From: Phoronis australis
Lineage: Eukaryota; Animalia; Phoronida
DNA length: 64,000 bases
NCBI GenBank assembly: GCA_002633005.1
Contig: NMRA01000242.1
Span: 470,868-534,867 of the forward strand
Direction of reading: 5' to 3'
Shown: positions 1 through 10,756 of the stretch, piece after piece
Layout: each line of letters begins with the position of its first letter
Position numbering within the stretch: the first letter of the stretch is position 1
Program-made: the position numbers and the translations under genes
Notes under the pieces: model-generated
What the model was told of the DNA's origin: nothing
Seen by the model: the letters and a program-made list of their open reading frames with translations, nothing else
Database searches by the model: none

Positions 1-789
1 CTTTGTCACTGTTGCGACTCACAAAAACCTCTTGAGCATCTATGCGGGGTAGTATCTCTAATTCAACGACCTTTAGGCTACTCTTATTCCCATTCGACTC
101 GTCAACGTCAATGACTTGCAACTCGGGAATTTGAAAACCGATCATGTTTCGTTGGTCCTCGGGAAAACTTTCTAGAACCAACAGCCTGAAATCTTGAGCA
201 TTGCAGTCTAACGTAATACCTTTAATTACGCCGTCCGTTTGAATACCCAAGTGAACTGTGCCATTCTGAAAACTGTTCAGGCAGGCTGCAATTGTAGACA
301 CTACGTCGCTCAATACCGCCTTGTCAGTAAGACCGCCAGTGCAAGGAATAAAGCTGTGAAAATGTGCCAACATGCTGTGTTCACAATCCGACAATGGATA
401 AGTCTCGCCAAGAACATAACCTAACTTTTGTTCAGTTTGATCGCAATGTGTGGATGTTGGTATTTGAACATATTCCTGCATTTTAGGACTCGACCCAACA
501 ACAGGTGAGCAGGAACTTTGTGTGCAAGACACTTTCAATTTGTGAAATCTTTTCTCTAGTTTTAATATTTTCCCAGCTGGTAAATTGGGGTTGAAAGCTT
601 TAATGGATGAAACGCAGTTTTCCTTTTCCATTATATGACAGAACGCCTCCCCGTCTATTTCCTCTGCCTCGAATATACTTGCTTGCTTCTCATGGAGACC
701 GCATTCGTCCACAAGCCACTGTTTCACTTGCAGCGTTGTTTTGCTGCTAAACTTGTCCCACTCCGTCTCCATTGTTTCTGCTGCTGCTG
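1..789 (-). CDS. SAMD9/SAMD9L-like gene A, main exon (5' part only: SAM + AlbA_2; runs off the left edge of the window)
   Basis: Hand translation from ATG at 772 is open to base 1: METEWDKFSSKTTLQVKQWLVDECGLHEKQASIFEAEEIDGEAFCHIM... (SAM) ...LAHFHSFIPC...VLSDVVSTIAACLNSFQNGTVHLGIQTDG...ESFPEDQRNMIG...SSLKVVELEI. It is colinear with the 27803 ORF. The acceptor is a poly-T tract + G(CAG)5 at 778-804. Absent from the ORF track because there is no stop in the window. Confidence 0.93.
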
Positions 790-1879
790 CTGCAAAAAAA
801 AAAACGAAATAACACAAGGACTTGAAAGATAATGTTACACTGTAAGAAGCCTTGCATGAACATCAGGACTCATTATGTGCATTTTAACGCATGATGTTCA
901 TGTTAACTCATTATGTAAATGAAATTCGTCTCCGTTCATTTTGTGTTCGTAAACACCTGTGAAGTTCGCTATGATTCATTAGTCGTCTACATTTAAAGAT
1001 ATTATGTAAGGTTGTTTAAACATCTGTAGGCCTACAGTGGTTTATTTTAGGCTTTAATCTCAAAGCAGGTTTACATTTCACAAGAGAGATCTATTTTTTA
1101 CATCTGAATGTACTCGACTTTCAAAGAAGCACAGAATGGAACCAACTATGCTTTTCCGGTTTAATCCGCACTACTTTTATTTAAATGGATTAAGTAACGA
1201 TTGGATACATGTAATGGAGAGGGATCGCGTTTTCATGACACCAGCTTCGAAGTTTTGCTAAGGAACATTTTACTGTGACAATTCATTTCGTCAGTACCAA
1301 ATGACAATTATCTAAAACCCCCTCGACCCACGACCTCGTCGACCCATATCCCCCCAATGCACGACCCCCTCGGCCCACCACGTAATTGCACAAAGCCGGG
1401 TTCGGCTCCGTCAGGTTATCGACTCACCTTCCGCTTCGCTGGGGCTGGCTAGTATTAAGAACACTGTAGGCCTACAAACCGCAGAACCGGCACAACTGAG
1501 TAGCAGCAGACAACCACACGTTTCAAATGCACCATAAACAAGGCGTAGGCCCCTATATACTCGAAACAGGAACACTGCACCTTTTCTGAAAGAAACGGCA
1601 GACGGACCTCCGAAGCACCCAAAACAGACTGATGCTCCTTTCGTCCCATAGAAGGACAGGAACGCCGACGACGGACAGGAATCGCGAACGATTTTTCATT
1701 TTGACTACTAGGCCGGGAAGTTGGCACACGAGCTGCCACGCGCTCTGTGTGCACGAGACCTGCTGTGCGGAACCAGAGGGTACACCAATGTATTCGTACG
1801 CTGTAACAATGTCTCATGCAACAAAACTCAAAATTCGAATTTATTTCATCAAGGCATGGGCTGTGCAGCACTGAAATAA

Positions 1880-1925
1880 GTGGGGGGAGGGGGTATAGCC
1901 CCCAGCCGCCTATGGCGCGCTGCTC
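1880..1925 (-). repeat. G-rich MITE-like end (family also at ~32473-32530 and ~59352-59410)
   Basis: Shared motif CCATAGG(C/G)GGCTGG(A)GGGGCTATA..CC at three dispersed sites. Confidence 0.55.
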
Positions 1926-2369
1926 ACGCAATATTATTTTTCCAAAGGGTTAAAAATAGTTAAACATCTTTAACGACAGTCCCTACCTGACACTGAATAA
2001 TTACAATCAAGAGAAAAAATCAGCGACAATGAAGCACAAATCATGATGAAATGCCCAACGTTCAACTGAGAATTACACTCAGACTTTATCTCAGACAACA
2101 CTTCAACATTTGTGCGGAGCCTTTTCATAAAAATCTTCGATTTTCTTACGTGAATGTGTTTTTCTTTTGCTTTTATTTTCGCAAAAATATGCGATGCCAA
2201 TGATGGTCGACCTCTCTGTTCAACCACCTAACGGCACTAAGTCTTAAAGAGGAAATTGCAAGGTCCAAACCAATCTGAACAACAATATGATCTAAATTCT
2301 TGTTTATAATTATAATTGCATTTTAGCAAATCACTCAAAAAGTGTTTGGTCTCTGATTATTTGTAAACA

Positions 2370-2530
2370 GTGTGACTCAGTGGTTTGAGCTCATGAGACT
2401 CAGAGATTCGAATCCTGGCTTTCACTGGCAGACAATTGAGCATTGCAAAAAATCGTCTCCTACTTCTCTGAGACTGAACACGGTGTTACTAATGAGTGAA
2501 TACATGTATGCAACGGAATGAATGAGAATC
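2370..2530 (+). mobile_element. tRNA-derived SINE remnant
   Basis: A-box-like TGACTCAGTGG, B-box-like GATTCGAATCC, and a short GAAT-type tail. No cloverleaf. Confidence 0.45.
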
Positions 2531-3599
2531 ACTTTGGAATAATGTACTGTGAAATGTAAAGAAGAGGATGAAAGAATCGCAATTTTACAATTTAGATTTT
2601 CTGACCTCGGGTTTGGGGGGGGGGGNACAGGTTATAGAACAGGTCACTTCATTTTCAAGTCAACTCGGACCCATATCAATGTACACATGTGTACCAAAAC
2701 AGTTTTATTTTGTAAGGCGATGCTTGAAATGGAAACGACCATTCCATGTCTATGTACATTGACCCAATATTGCCGTTATTTATTAATAAAACACGGCCTG
2801 GGTACGAGTCGACTTGGGTAGGAACCACCTGGTAAAGCTTCTATAGAGTATGGAGGGCATCGATTGTATTGGTGATTGCCCATATGGAGAAGTTTTAAGA
2901 AATGTTTACTGTAATATTTCAAATATGGGCAACCCTTTAAGTGTCAACACTGCTTTTAAAATTGGTTTGCCCCATTGCCATTGTCTAGTTTGATTATGAT
3001 ATGTGAGTGTCGTTAGCGTTCAGATTGGGAGAACAGGTCTCAGGACTACTCACAAAACAGTCCCCTCCATCAATGAATCAGGGCAACTACCTTGTGTCTT
3101 AGGGTCAGCTAAAAATTAAACGACTAATGTCCATTACTATATCCCCCGGGAATGATCTACCACTGCCTCGAGTGAAGAACTATTCATTCGTATGAAAGTA
3201 AATATCTTTACTATATATGATCAATTTGTAGGAAAAATAAATAGGTTGTGATGTTTCAAAGTTTGTTTTTTGAAAACACGTTTGATTTTTGTTCTGCTGT
3301 AAACAGGTTGCTGTCAAGTGGGGTTTACTCTGAACAATCAGTTTTCTTGAAAACTGAAGTCGTATGCAGCCCACTCACTTAAATTTGGCCGAGGCACTCT
3401 TGGTAAATTTTTCAATTCGAAATTTTCATGTTTACTGAAGTAATATATTATTGTTGACACATCTTGTAGGTGCACCTGTGGCAACTGTCAGACAACCCCA
3501 GTTGTTGAAGTAAGAGTATGTTGTCAAGAGGCCAACAAGATTATTGCAAAACTTGACGAAGAAATGAAGCGTGACAACTTACACAGAAGACAAAATTGT

Positions 3600-3900
3600 T
3601 TTGTCGAGCACGAGGGGTTTAATTCTGTTTGCATCAATGGTGATGTCTGGAGACTGCGTGGCTGCAACACAATGGCATTTACGTGTAGGGGTACTAATGA
3701 AGTGATAGAAGTGGACAATGGGAATGTAGATGGACTGGTGGACAATTTTATTGAATGTAAAAAGTTCGGAAAGGTAACGGCGGAATTCGAGGGTTTGCCA
3801 GTTTAATGATTCAATCACTTCAGTGACCTATGAAGTATTGTGATATCTATTCAGGGTAAATTTTGCAGCTCGTCGCTGCACCATTTCAATCTTGCACGTC
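3600..3900 (-). mobile_element. CR1-group LINE 3' ORF2 fragment (in gene A intron)
   Basis: Translation KIEMVQRRAAKFTLNRYHNTS*VTEVIESLNWQTLEFRRYLSELFTFNKIVH matches the post-RT region typical of CR1-group LINEs; contains an in-frame stop. Confidence 0.75.
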
Positions 3901-4359
3901 TCCCATCTGGGCATGCCGATCGCAGATCGAGTACAGACACGTATACCTTTGAACGGTGTCGCTATCCTACACATTGAAGAGTAAACATGTGATATCTAAT
4001 AGAACGACTGAGGAAGATAAGACACAATCACGTAGTTCCATCTGCCAATATCTCGTAGAACTGCATGGACATTTGGCATCAGGAGGACGTGCGGACACTG
4101 GTGCTGGTGAGTCGGTTGAAAGTGGCGTAGGTGACGCGAAATCTACGGGATCAGAAATGACGGAGAGTGGAAGTAGCTGCCAAACTCTTTCCACATTGCG
4201 ATCAAGTAAGGGGTAGCCAGTATCGTTCTTCAACCAGATTGTCTGCGCGACAGAAAGGATTTCCTGAGGACGAAGCCATGCAGCGCGCGGTTTGCGGCTC
4301 AAGCACCCATAAAACATCGAGAGGGTGTCAGCAGGCACGAGGAAATAATCTCCAGAGGA

Positions 4360-4480
4360 GGCAGTGTGGCTAAATAGGATAAGAGTCCGCTTCCTTTAAT
4401 CAAGGTCGTGGGTTCGAGTCCCAGTGGAGCATACTACTAGACCCTTAAGCCAGGTCTTTAGCTCCTCAGCTGCCTTTTGA
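4360..4480 (+). mobile_element. tRNA-derived SINE
   Basis: A box TGGCTAAATAGG and B box GGTTCGAGTCCC, followed by a GACCCTTAAGCCAGGTCTTTAGC core like conserved SINE central domains. Confidence 0.6.
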
Positions 4481-4560
4481 TTATATGTCAATAAAGCATA
4501 AAATTTTTCCAAGTGATCAGTGTAATGGTCCCACCTGAGCGACGTTGCGGATGTGTATTA

Positions 4561-4596
<36 letters not shown>

Positions 4597-4625
4597 TGTG
4601 TGTCTGTGTCTGTGTGTGTGCGTGC
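4561..4625. repeat. (CA)n/(TG)n microsatellite with inverted halves
   Basis: Seen directly. Confidence 0.9.
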
Positions 4626-5270
4626 ATGTATTAGAAAACTAAAAAATAAAACGGATAAATCCCATGAGATATGCATATCTCACATTGATTACTTACATTC
4701 TGCACGTCCTGCCTTTAGGCACGGACAGTCTCGAGTGCCACTACCGTCAGCAATATCTTAAAGATGGCGCACAGGTTAACGAAAATTGAATAAGGCCTTT
4801 TCCTCTCACGAAATCGGTCCCATAACATTTCTTACCGTAAAAATATTTTATTTTCGATACCGTTTTCGAATTTCCAAGGTTGGCCAACCCCAATAACTTC
4901 TGAAGAGTTTTCTCGAGTCATCAATGGTTTCGATATTCTTCTTGGTAAAGAATACTCTAGAATCTGGATTTCACACATCGCCTCAGTTAGTTTAGTTAAC
5001 CACAACAAGACCCGAAAATGTAATTTGTATAGTCAACTGTAATTTTTGCCAATAACAATAAAGTGGCATACATAGCATATGCTATTTCGTTGATCCGTTG
5101 TTAAACCTTGACAAGGAAACAACCTCAAAATCCTTGATAAATAAGGGCCGTAAAGGGCGTTGCGCTGCTTAAAAAATCGTAATCACATAGATCTACACTC
5201 ATATGTACAAAATGGGAATGACTGTCATTAAAGTTTCTTATGCATATTTTGGTGTGACACAAATGCTCAC

Positions 5271-5565
5271 CTGTGACTTCACAAACTCTAGGAGGCGTTT
5301 CTTCAAGCTTCGTAGTCAAGTACTTGCAGTTGCCAGTTGTCGTCAGAATTTCAAGGAACTGTGAGTACGCTGTGGGGCCTCTTGTGGGCAATATCTGTAA
5401 CAATAACTCATTCTTGGCCTCTGTAGATTTTTTAGCAGATATCCTGTTCCAATCTTCCCGATAAATGACATCACTGGAGAACAACTTTTGAATTACTTCA
5501 TGTGGTATATCGTTAACGAGACTTTGATGATTGTGTTGCAGCCTCCATTGATCTTCTTCGTTCAT
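5271..5565 (-). CDS. CARD (death-fold) exon of SAMD9-like gene A
   Basis: MNEEDQWRLQHNHQSLVNDI...LFSSDVI...NRISAKKSTEAKNELLLQILPTRGPTAYSQFLEIL has the CARD pattern (L..LP.RGP.A+..F...L). Acceptor TTTTTAG lies 7 nt before the ATG; donor ACAG|GTGAGC at 5271/5270. 295 nt = phase 1, in frame with the 789 acceptor. Confidence 0.88.
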
Positions 5566-8500
5566 GGTGTTACTAAAAATACAATTCATACTAAATGTAG
5601 GTGCGCAAACAGGTTGGCATATCTAAATCTATATTTGAGGAACAGTAGCCTTAAACATTTTCTCTAGGTACAAACAATCACAGACTCGGCGTCGCATGGC
5701 ACGCATTTTTCGCGGGGATAGAAAAGGATAAAAGTCAGGAAAATACACCGACGACATGAGCTACTGCACTCGAAATCATGCTTTTATGAAAGTTTAATCG
5801 AAATTCTCCATGAAACGTACGAGGAGTTGTGAACACAAGAGTGACTGTTCCCGTTTATGGATTCATGAATATTAAGGTCAAAAGGCAAATGCTAACGATA
5901 TGTGACACGGGTATTTATTAGCATTTGGTCGAAATCTCTTGAGAAATATAGTTGCGCCAGGAACAGTATAATTCTTTCCGTTACAAACACATTTCTATTG
6001 TTCACGAACCACATACATTTTGTGAACAACGTTTTCTTTCAGTCACCGGCTTCGATGCTCAGTTAGAAATTTCCTTACATGTATAATTGGTAGCATATAG
6101 CGCATTTCGACTAACCTTAGCTAAGGTGTTAAACTTCTGCTCGGTCTTCCATGACAAGCTTAGTGGGCTACCTGGAAAGGTGTCATTCTTTAAATGCTTT
6201 GTACACTGTATGATGGAGGTCGGGCGGACTACAATATCTAAAGGAGACACGCCTGGAGAAGTCCTAAAAACGACATTCCGTCGCTATTTTTGGACACCTC
6301 AGCAGAGAGCAGGATGGAATCCTGTGCCCGCCCCGCTATATCTTCCAATGCATAACACACTTTACGGTTAGATGTTGGTATTGGCCTATTCACTTCAACA
6401 TGAGGTAAAGGTGAAGATTTGAGAACCCTACCCACTCGTAGCCAGTTTGTTTTCCCGGTGGATTTCTCCGATGTTGTCCCAACAATCATCTCAGAGCAAT
6501 CAACGGTTACGGTACCAGGGCTTGAAAAAACACTAATTTTAATTGTTTCTTCATCCTGATACACACATAGTTCAAAGTTTGATTAAGAGAATGCGACTGA
6601 ACTTTGGACAGATGCTGTTACTACTAGGGCCAGGTAAATTATGAAAGATAAACTTGTGACACGCACGTGACTTATAGATACCGAGAACCGATGCCACACA
6701 AACGAGGACTTCTGCCACACAGGAGTAAGTTCGCACGTATTGCCTGGAGGTGCAGGAAAGAGATCACCATTGTAGGTACTATAGCGCACGCATTCCGAAA
6801 GCATAGTCAGTTAGAATAGTCCTATATAGAAATCGTCATTTCTTTTGCTAGTTCGCCTTCATTTTTTCCATAAAGAACTTAAGCTTATACCACCAAATTT
6901 TGAATGATCCGTCAAAACACGCTTTCCTTATTTTTCAACAATGACTACTAGGCCACTGCGTTGACGAGGACGGCGACAACAGGACAAGGACGGCAAATAA
7001 ATCGACAACACACGAAAGCGGTAACACCTGTGAATTTGGTTCCTGCAGTATGTTAAGAACATCGCTCTGTGCCTACTAGTGTCATAAGTTGTTAGGCGTA
7101 TTGGCTTGCTTTTGTATACGTCACAGCGAACTGCGAATACTGAAAATCCACTCGCAACTGGGATCACGCGATGACTCAACATGGGCACGAAAAGGCAGCT
7201 TCACCCACTATTTGACGGGCTTACATTTGCGTGATTGAACTCACGTTTACTTATTTTACCAAGGCTTTGCTAGGACTATCTGGTTAGCCCAATACATCTA
7301 AAATAACACAATTCCGTTACAGTAAGCCTTGAAACGTACGCTTAGCCGTGGGTAAGTAAACACTCTCGAACTTGAGCCCCGCAGTGCACTGAACACGATG
7401 CTCTGTTGTTACCTACTCTATGCATATGACTTCCAAGCGTGTGACCTGTGCTCCCTTTACATGTACACCTTTCTCACTCGCACAATTAATCCCAGATGAA
7501 AAGCGACAGCTTGAAAGGTTACAACGAAGACCGCTTTCAAATATGTTTTAAAATGCAAAGGAAAAAGAATAACTTGGGTCAAAATAGCAACACCCCCTTA
7601 CGACATGTTACTGACGATGTGAAGGAGATGCACCCAACAACAAAGAGTAAGAATGAAAAGTGTTCTAGCTCAACGAATTCAGCTATAAAGCGTCACGCTT
7701 TCCATTGCGTTATGCTAAACATGAAGAAGATGCAAGTAAAATTCTTAAGTGAACATCCCCAACAGCAGCCAGTCGTTCAGCCCTTCCCAACGATTGCGAC
7801 CAGCACACGGTTCAAAGCCATTTTCATCACCAAGAATTCTTGGACATATGACACTGAAAACCAAAACACTAAGGAAATGGACTTCGGTATCGGTTATAAT
7901 TGAGAATATCTTGCATCAACCGACCATCTCGATACAATTTTGAATACACGCGACGGTGTCGCACATGGTTTGGAATAAGGTTCCCAGGAATAGGAAAATG
8001 AAGATGGAAGTAGCTGACATAAAAAGCCATGGGAAGGGCAAACGTGTTATACAAGAACCGAAATTATTCTGAGTGGGTATGTCAGTTATTGTGTCACTAG
8101 TAAGCGTGCTGATACGGAGTCAACTATATTTGTATGTAATGATTCAGTCATTGAATTTCACGTGGAAAACCTTAACTATTCATTTAAATCATGATATACT
8201 ACACGCTCTTTAGAACTCACACATGTGTCACTAAAACTTTTTTTATACATTTATTGCCCAGACAATGCAGCAAGGCTACTCTGAGAATGGGCGCCTCAGA
8301 ACTAGCCTTCACAAGACAAATTATGTAAAGTCAATATGTAAAGAACAATAAATGTAACTCAACGGGAAAAAAGGTCGAGGGAAAGACTTTCGCGTGCACC
8401 TTTCACACGCACACTCACACCCGGCCGTGTTTACATGATGAAAGAGGCTCATATGCAACGGAAATATCTATATAGGTACAAAGTTAAACATATATAAAAT

Positions 8501-9125
8501 AAACGGAAATGGATATTCTTATCTAATGCATAACATCGTGTAACATCAATATATGGACTGAATGTCTACATGGCAATATAACAAAAAAAAAAACTAACGG
8601 TTGAATTCTGTGCATTTCTAGGATAATAGCTGAGGCATGCGTGCAGATCTCTCCATTTTTTAAACATTTTTGTCCGAATTAACATTACGTGAATTATTTT
8701 ATGTTGATTGGTTTGCAATCCACATCTTTTTCTATTGGCTAATTTATCATACCCTAGTGATTACATTCCTCCTCACACAGTCAGTCAAAGTTGATGCCTG
8801 GAAATTGGAAAAAAAACTGCCGTTAAATGTTTTACGTACACAGCAGCAGCGTTAGAGGCAGAAGCAGAAATATAAACTATTATGGTTATCATTACTGTTT
8901 AAAATATCTAAATTTAAATAACATACTTCGACTTGAATTTAAGAAACCCATAAAATATACTAACTTTTATCAGTAACGATTCAAGGTTTCCTCACAATCC
9001 GCCAGTGATCAGGCTACGTGGTGCTTCACTGCCATACGCAGGCCTGAAATATGACGACAGAGTACGACTAAAGAACATGCACGAAGGGTTCGGTACTGTT
9101 ACGTCAAATTCTAATTGGCTTTCTA

Positions 9126-9283
9126 GACAACGGCGGATTTAGAGGGGGCCATGCCCCCCTTAATATTCTCCCAGATTCCATTTCGGCAGTTCGAGGGTGC
9201 GAATGCCTGACGGGCAGAAAATTCTGGCTAATACTCTGCCCTGGCCGCCCCCCACCAATTCAAAATCTTGAATCTACCCCTGC
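9126..9283. mobile_element. G/C-rich MITE inserted in gene A intron 1; related inverted copy at ~21765-22028
   Basis: Absent from the paralogous gene B intron. The core CCCAGATTCCATTTCGGCAGTTCGAGGGTGCGAATGCCTGACGGGCA reappears reverse-complemented at ~21917-21965. Confidence 0.6.
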
Positions 9284-9346
9284 TAGCTGTTGTGAAATAA
9301 TCCCTTTAGTAACTAAACCAACTACTTTCATTTATATACGACTTAC

Positions 9347-9870
9347 CTTGTGGGCTTTTCTAAGAAAAACGAAGAAGTTATCGTCCCGTTTCGTCTTGCA
9401 CCCAATTAAAGACTTCAAACGTGAAAGAAAATAATGTTGTTTACTGATGGAAGAACGAAATAGTAAAGGCGAACGCTACCATACGATATAAACGGGGTGG
9501 AATTTGATCTTGACTAATCTGTGTCGCAGCGAAAACGACCGTTTCGCCCGCGCTGCTAAGAGCAGGCTGGAAAATCCGGGGAAAACCAACCTATAAACAA
9601 TAGGGTCTCTATGGAGAGGCAGTGAGATTGTTTACCTAGTCTCGAATGCAAACTAATCGCTTAGTTCAATGCTTCACCAGCTAAAAATTGGTTAGCATTT
9701 TAGAGGCTGTTTCACAGGCCACTTTTGCGAGGTATCTTCATTGTCAGTTCTGAAAGCTGACGCCGTCAAAAATCCGTTTAAACGAACCGTGTTAGTCTCA
9801 AATAAAGCGGTCCTGGTGGCGGAGTGCGAAACTAGGTTAATGTTTGATTTCGACACTTCTAATCTACCTA
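9347..9870 (-). promoter_or_regulatory. Putative promoter + non-coding first exon of gene A
   Basis: Colinear with 29744-30250. Donor G|GTAAGT at 9347/9346. Tandem kB-like GGAAAATCC-GGGGAAAACC at 9569-9587. Invariant block AAGAACGAAATAGTAAAG at 9451-9468. Confidence 0.6.
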
Positions 9871-9986
9871 GACTTTCATATTCTCTCTACTGTCCGAATA
9901 AGTGTCCCTTAGGCTACATCAAACAAGCAACAAATGGGCTTGTACACAGATAATTCGCGAATTTCTTCCACTATGTCCATACATTC

Positions 9987-10756
9987 GAACATTAGACTAA
10001 TTGTCTCAGAAAAACCCGAGCCAAATGCCCCGGCAAACAGACATAAAGTGGCTCTTAACGGTAAAGACATGTCCAGTTCTGTATATGTTTTCCAAATACC
10101 AAATAGTGCTAGGTATGTCTGGATTACATTGATCACTCTGAGTAAATTCAAGGTATCCTAAGGATTTTCCCCTGCTCACTGTGTTAAATGTCTTTACCGT
10201 TATTTGTCGAAAGTAGAGTTTGATGAAAACAAAGCCTTATTTTTATCAGAAAAATTCATGGCTTTGAATTTTAATTTTGAAGTACTTATAAACTGCCAAA
10301 ATATGTTTTTTCAGTAAGGAGGATGTTAAGTAAGATTTTCAAAAATTTCTTGAACATTAGACTAATTGTCTTAGAGAAACCAGAGCCAAATGGCCTGGCA
10401 AACAGACATAAAATGGCCCGTAACGGTAAAGACATGGCCAGTTCTGCATACGTTTTCCAAATACCAAATAGTGCCAAGTATGCCTGGATTACGTATGTTT
10501 ATCACTCAGAGAAAATTCATCGTTAAGGTATCCCCTTGCTCACTGTGTTAAATGTCTTTACTGTTACCTGTCCAAAGTAGAGTTTGATAAAAACAAAGCC
10601 TTGTGTTTATTAATAGCTTTGAATTTTAATTTTGAAGTACTTATAACGGAGTAAACTGCCAAAATAACGGCTTTTTTCAATAAGGAGAATGTTATTTTTA
10701 GAGTAGGATTTTCAAGAATGTCTTGCATTTAATGTCAGCCATGTCTTTACCGTTAC
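9987..10756. repeat. ~365-bp tandem duplication with repeated, inverted ATGTCTTTACCGTTA motifs (likely non-autonomous DNA-transposon subterminal region)
   Basis: Units start AACATTAGACTAATTGTC at ~9988 and ~10352; the 15-mer occurs 5 times in both orientations. Confidence 0.7.

Noticed and set aside
3524-3830. Ser/Pro-rich ORF as the next exon of the CARD gene
   Set aside because: Splicing to the nearby AG gives an immediate stop; the region is a CR1 LINE in another frame, and the true acceptor is at 789.
4360-4435. Possible tRNA gene
   Set aside because: A and B boxes are present but no consistent cloverleaf, and a SINE-like core follows.
5125-5270. Stand-alone CARD-only ORFs (5125-5589 and 29012-29374) as single-exon genes
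   Set aside because: Paralog similarity ends at conserved GTGAG donors; the tails are intron read-through. Intron-retained CARD-only isoforms remain possible but unsupported.
6059-8060. Several 60-135 aa ORFs in gene A intron 1 (faint VWD-like look at 6583-6804)
   Set aside because: No convincing motif or consistent exon chain.
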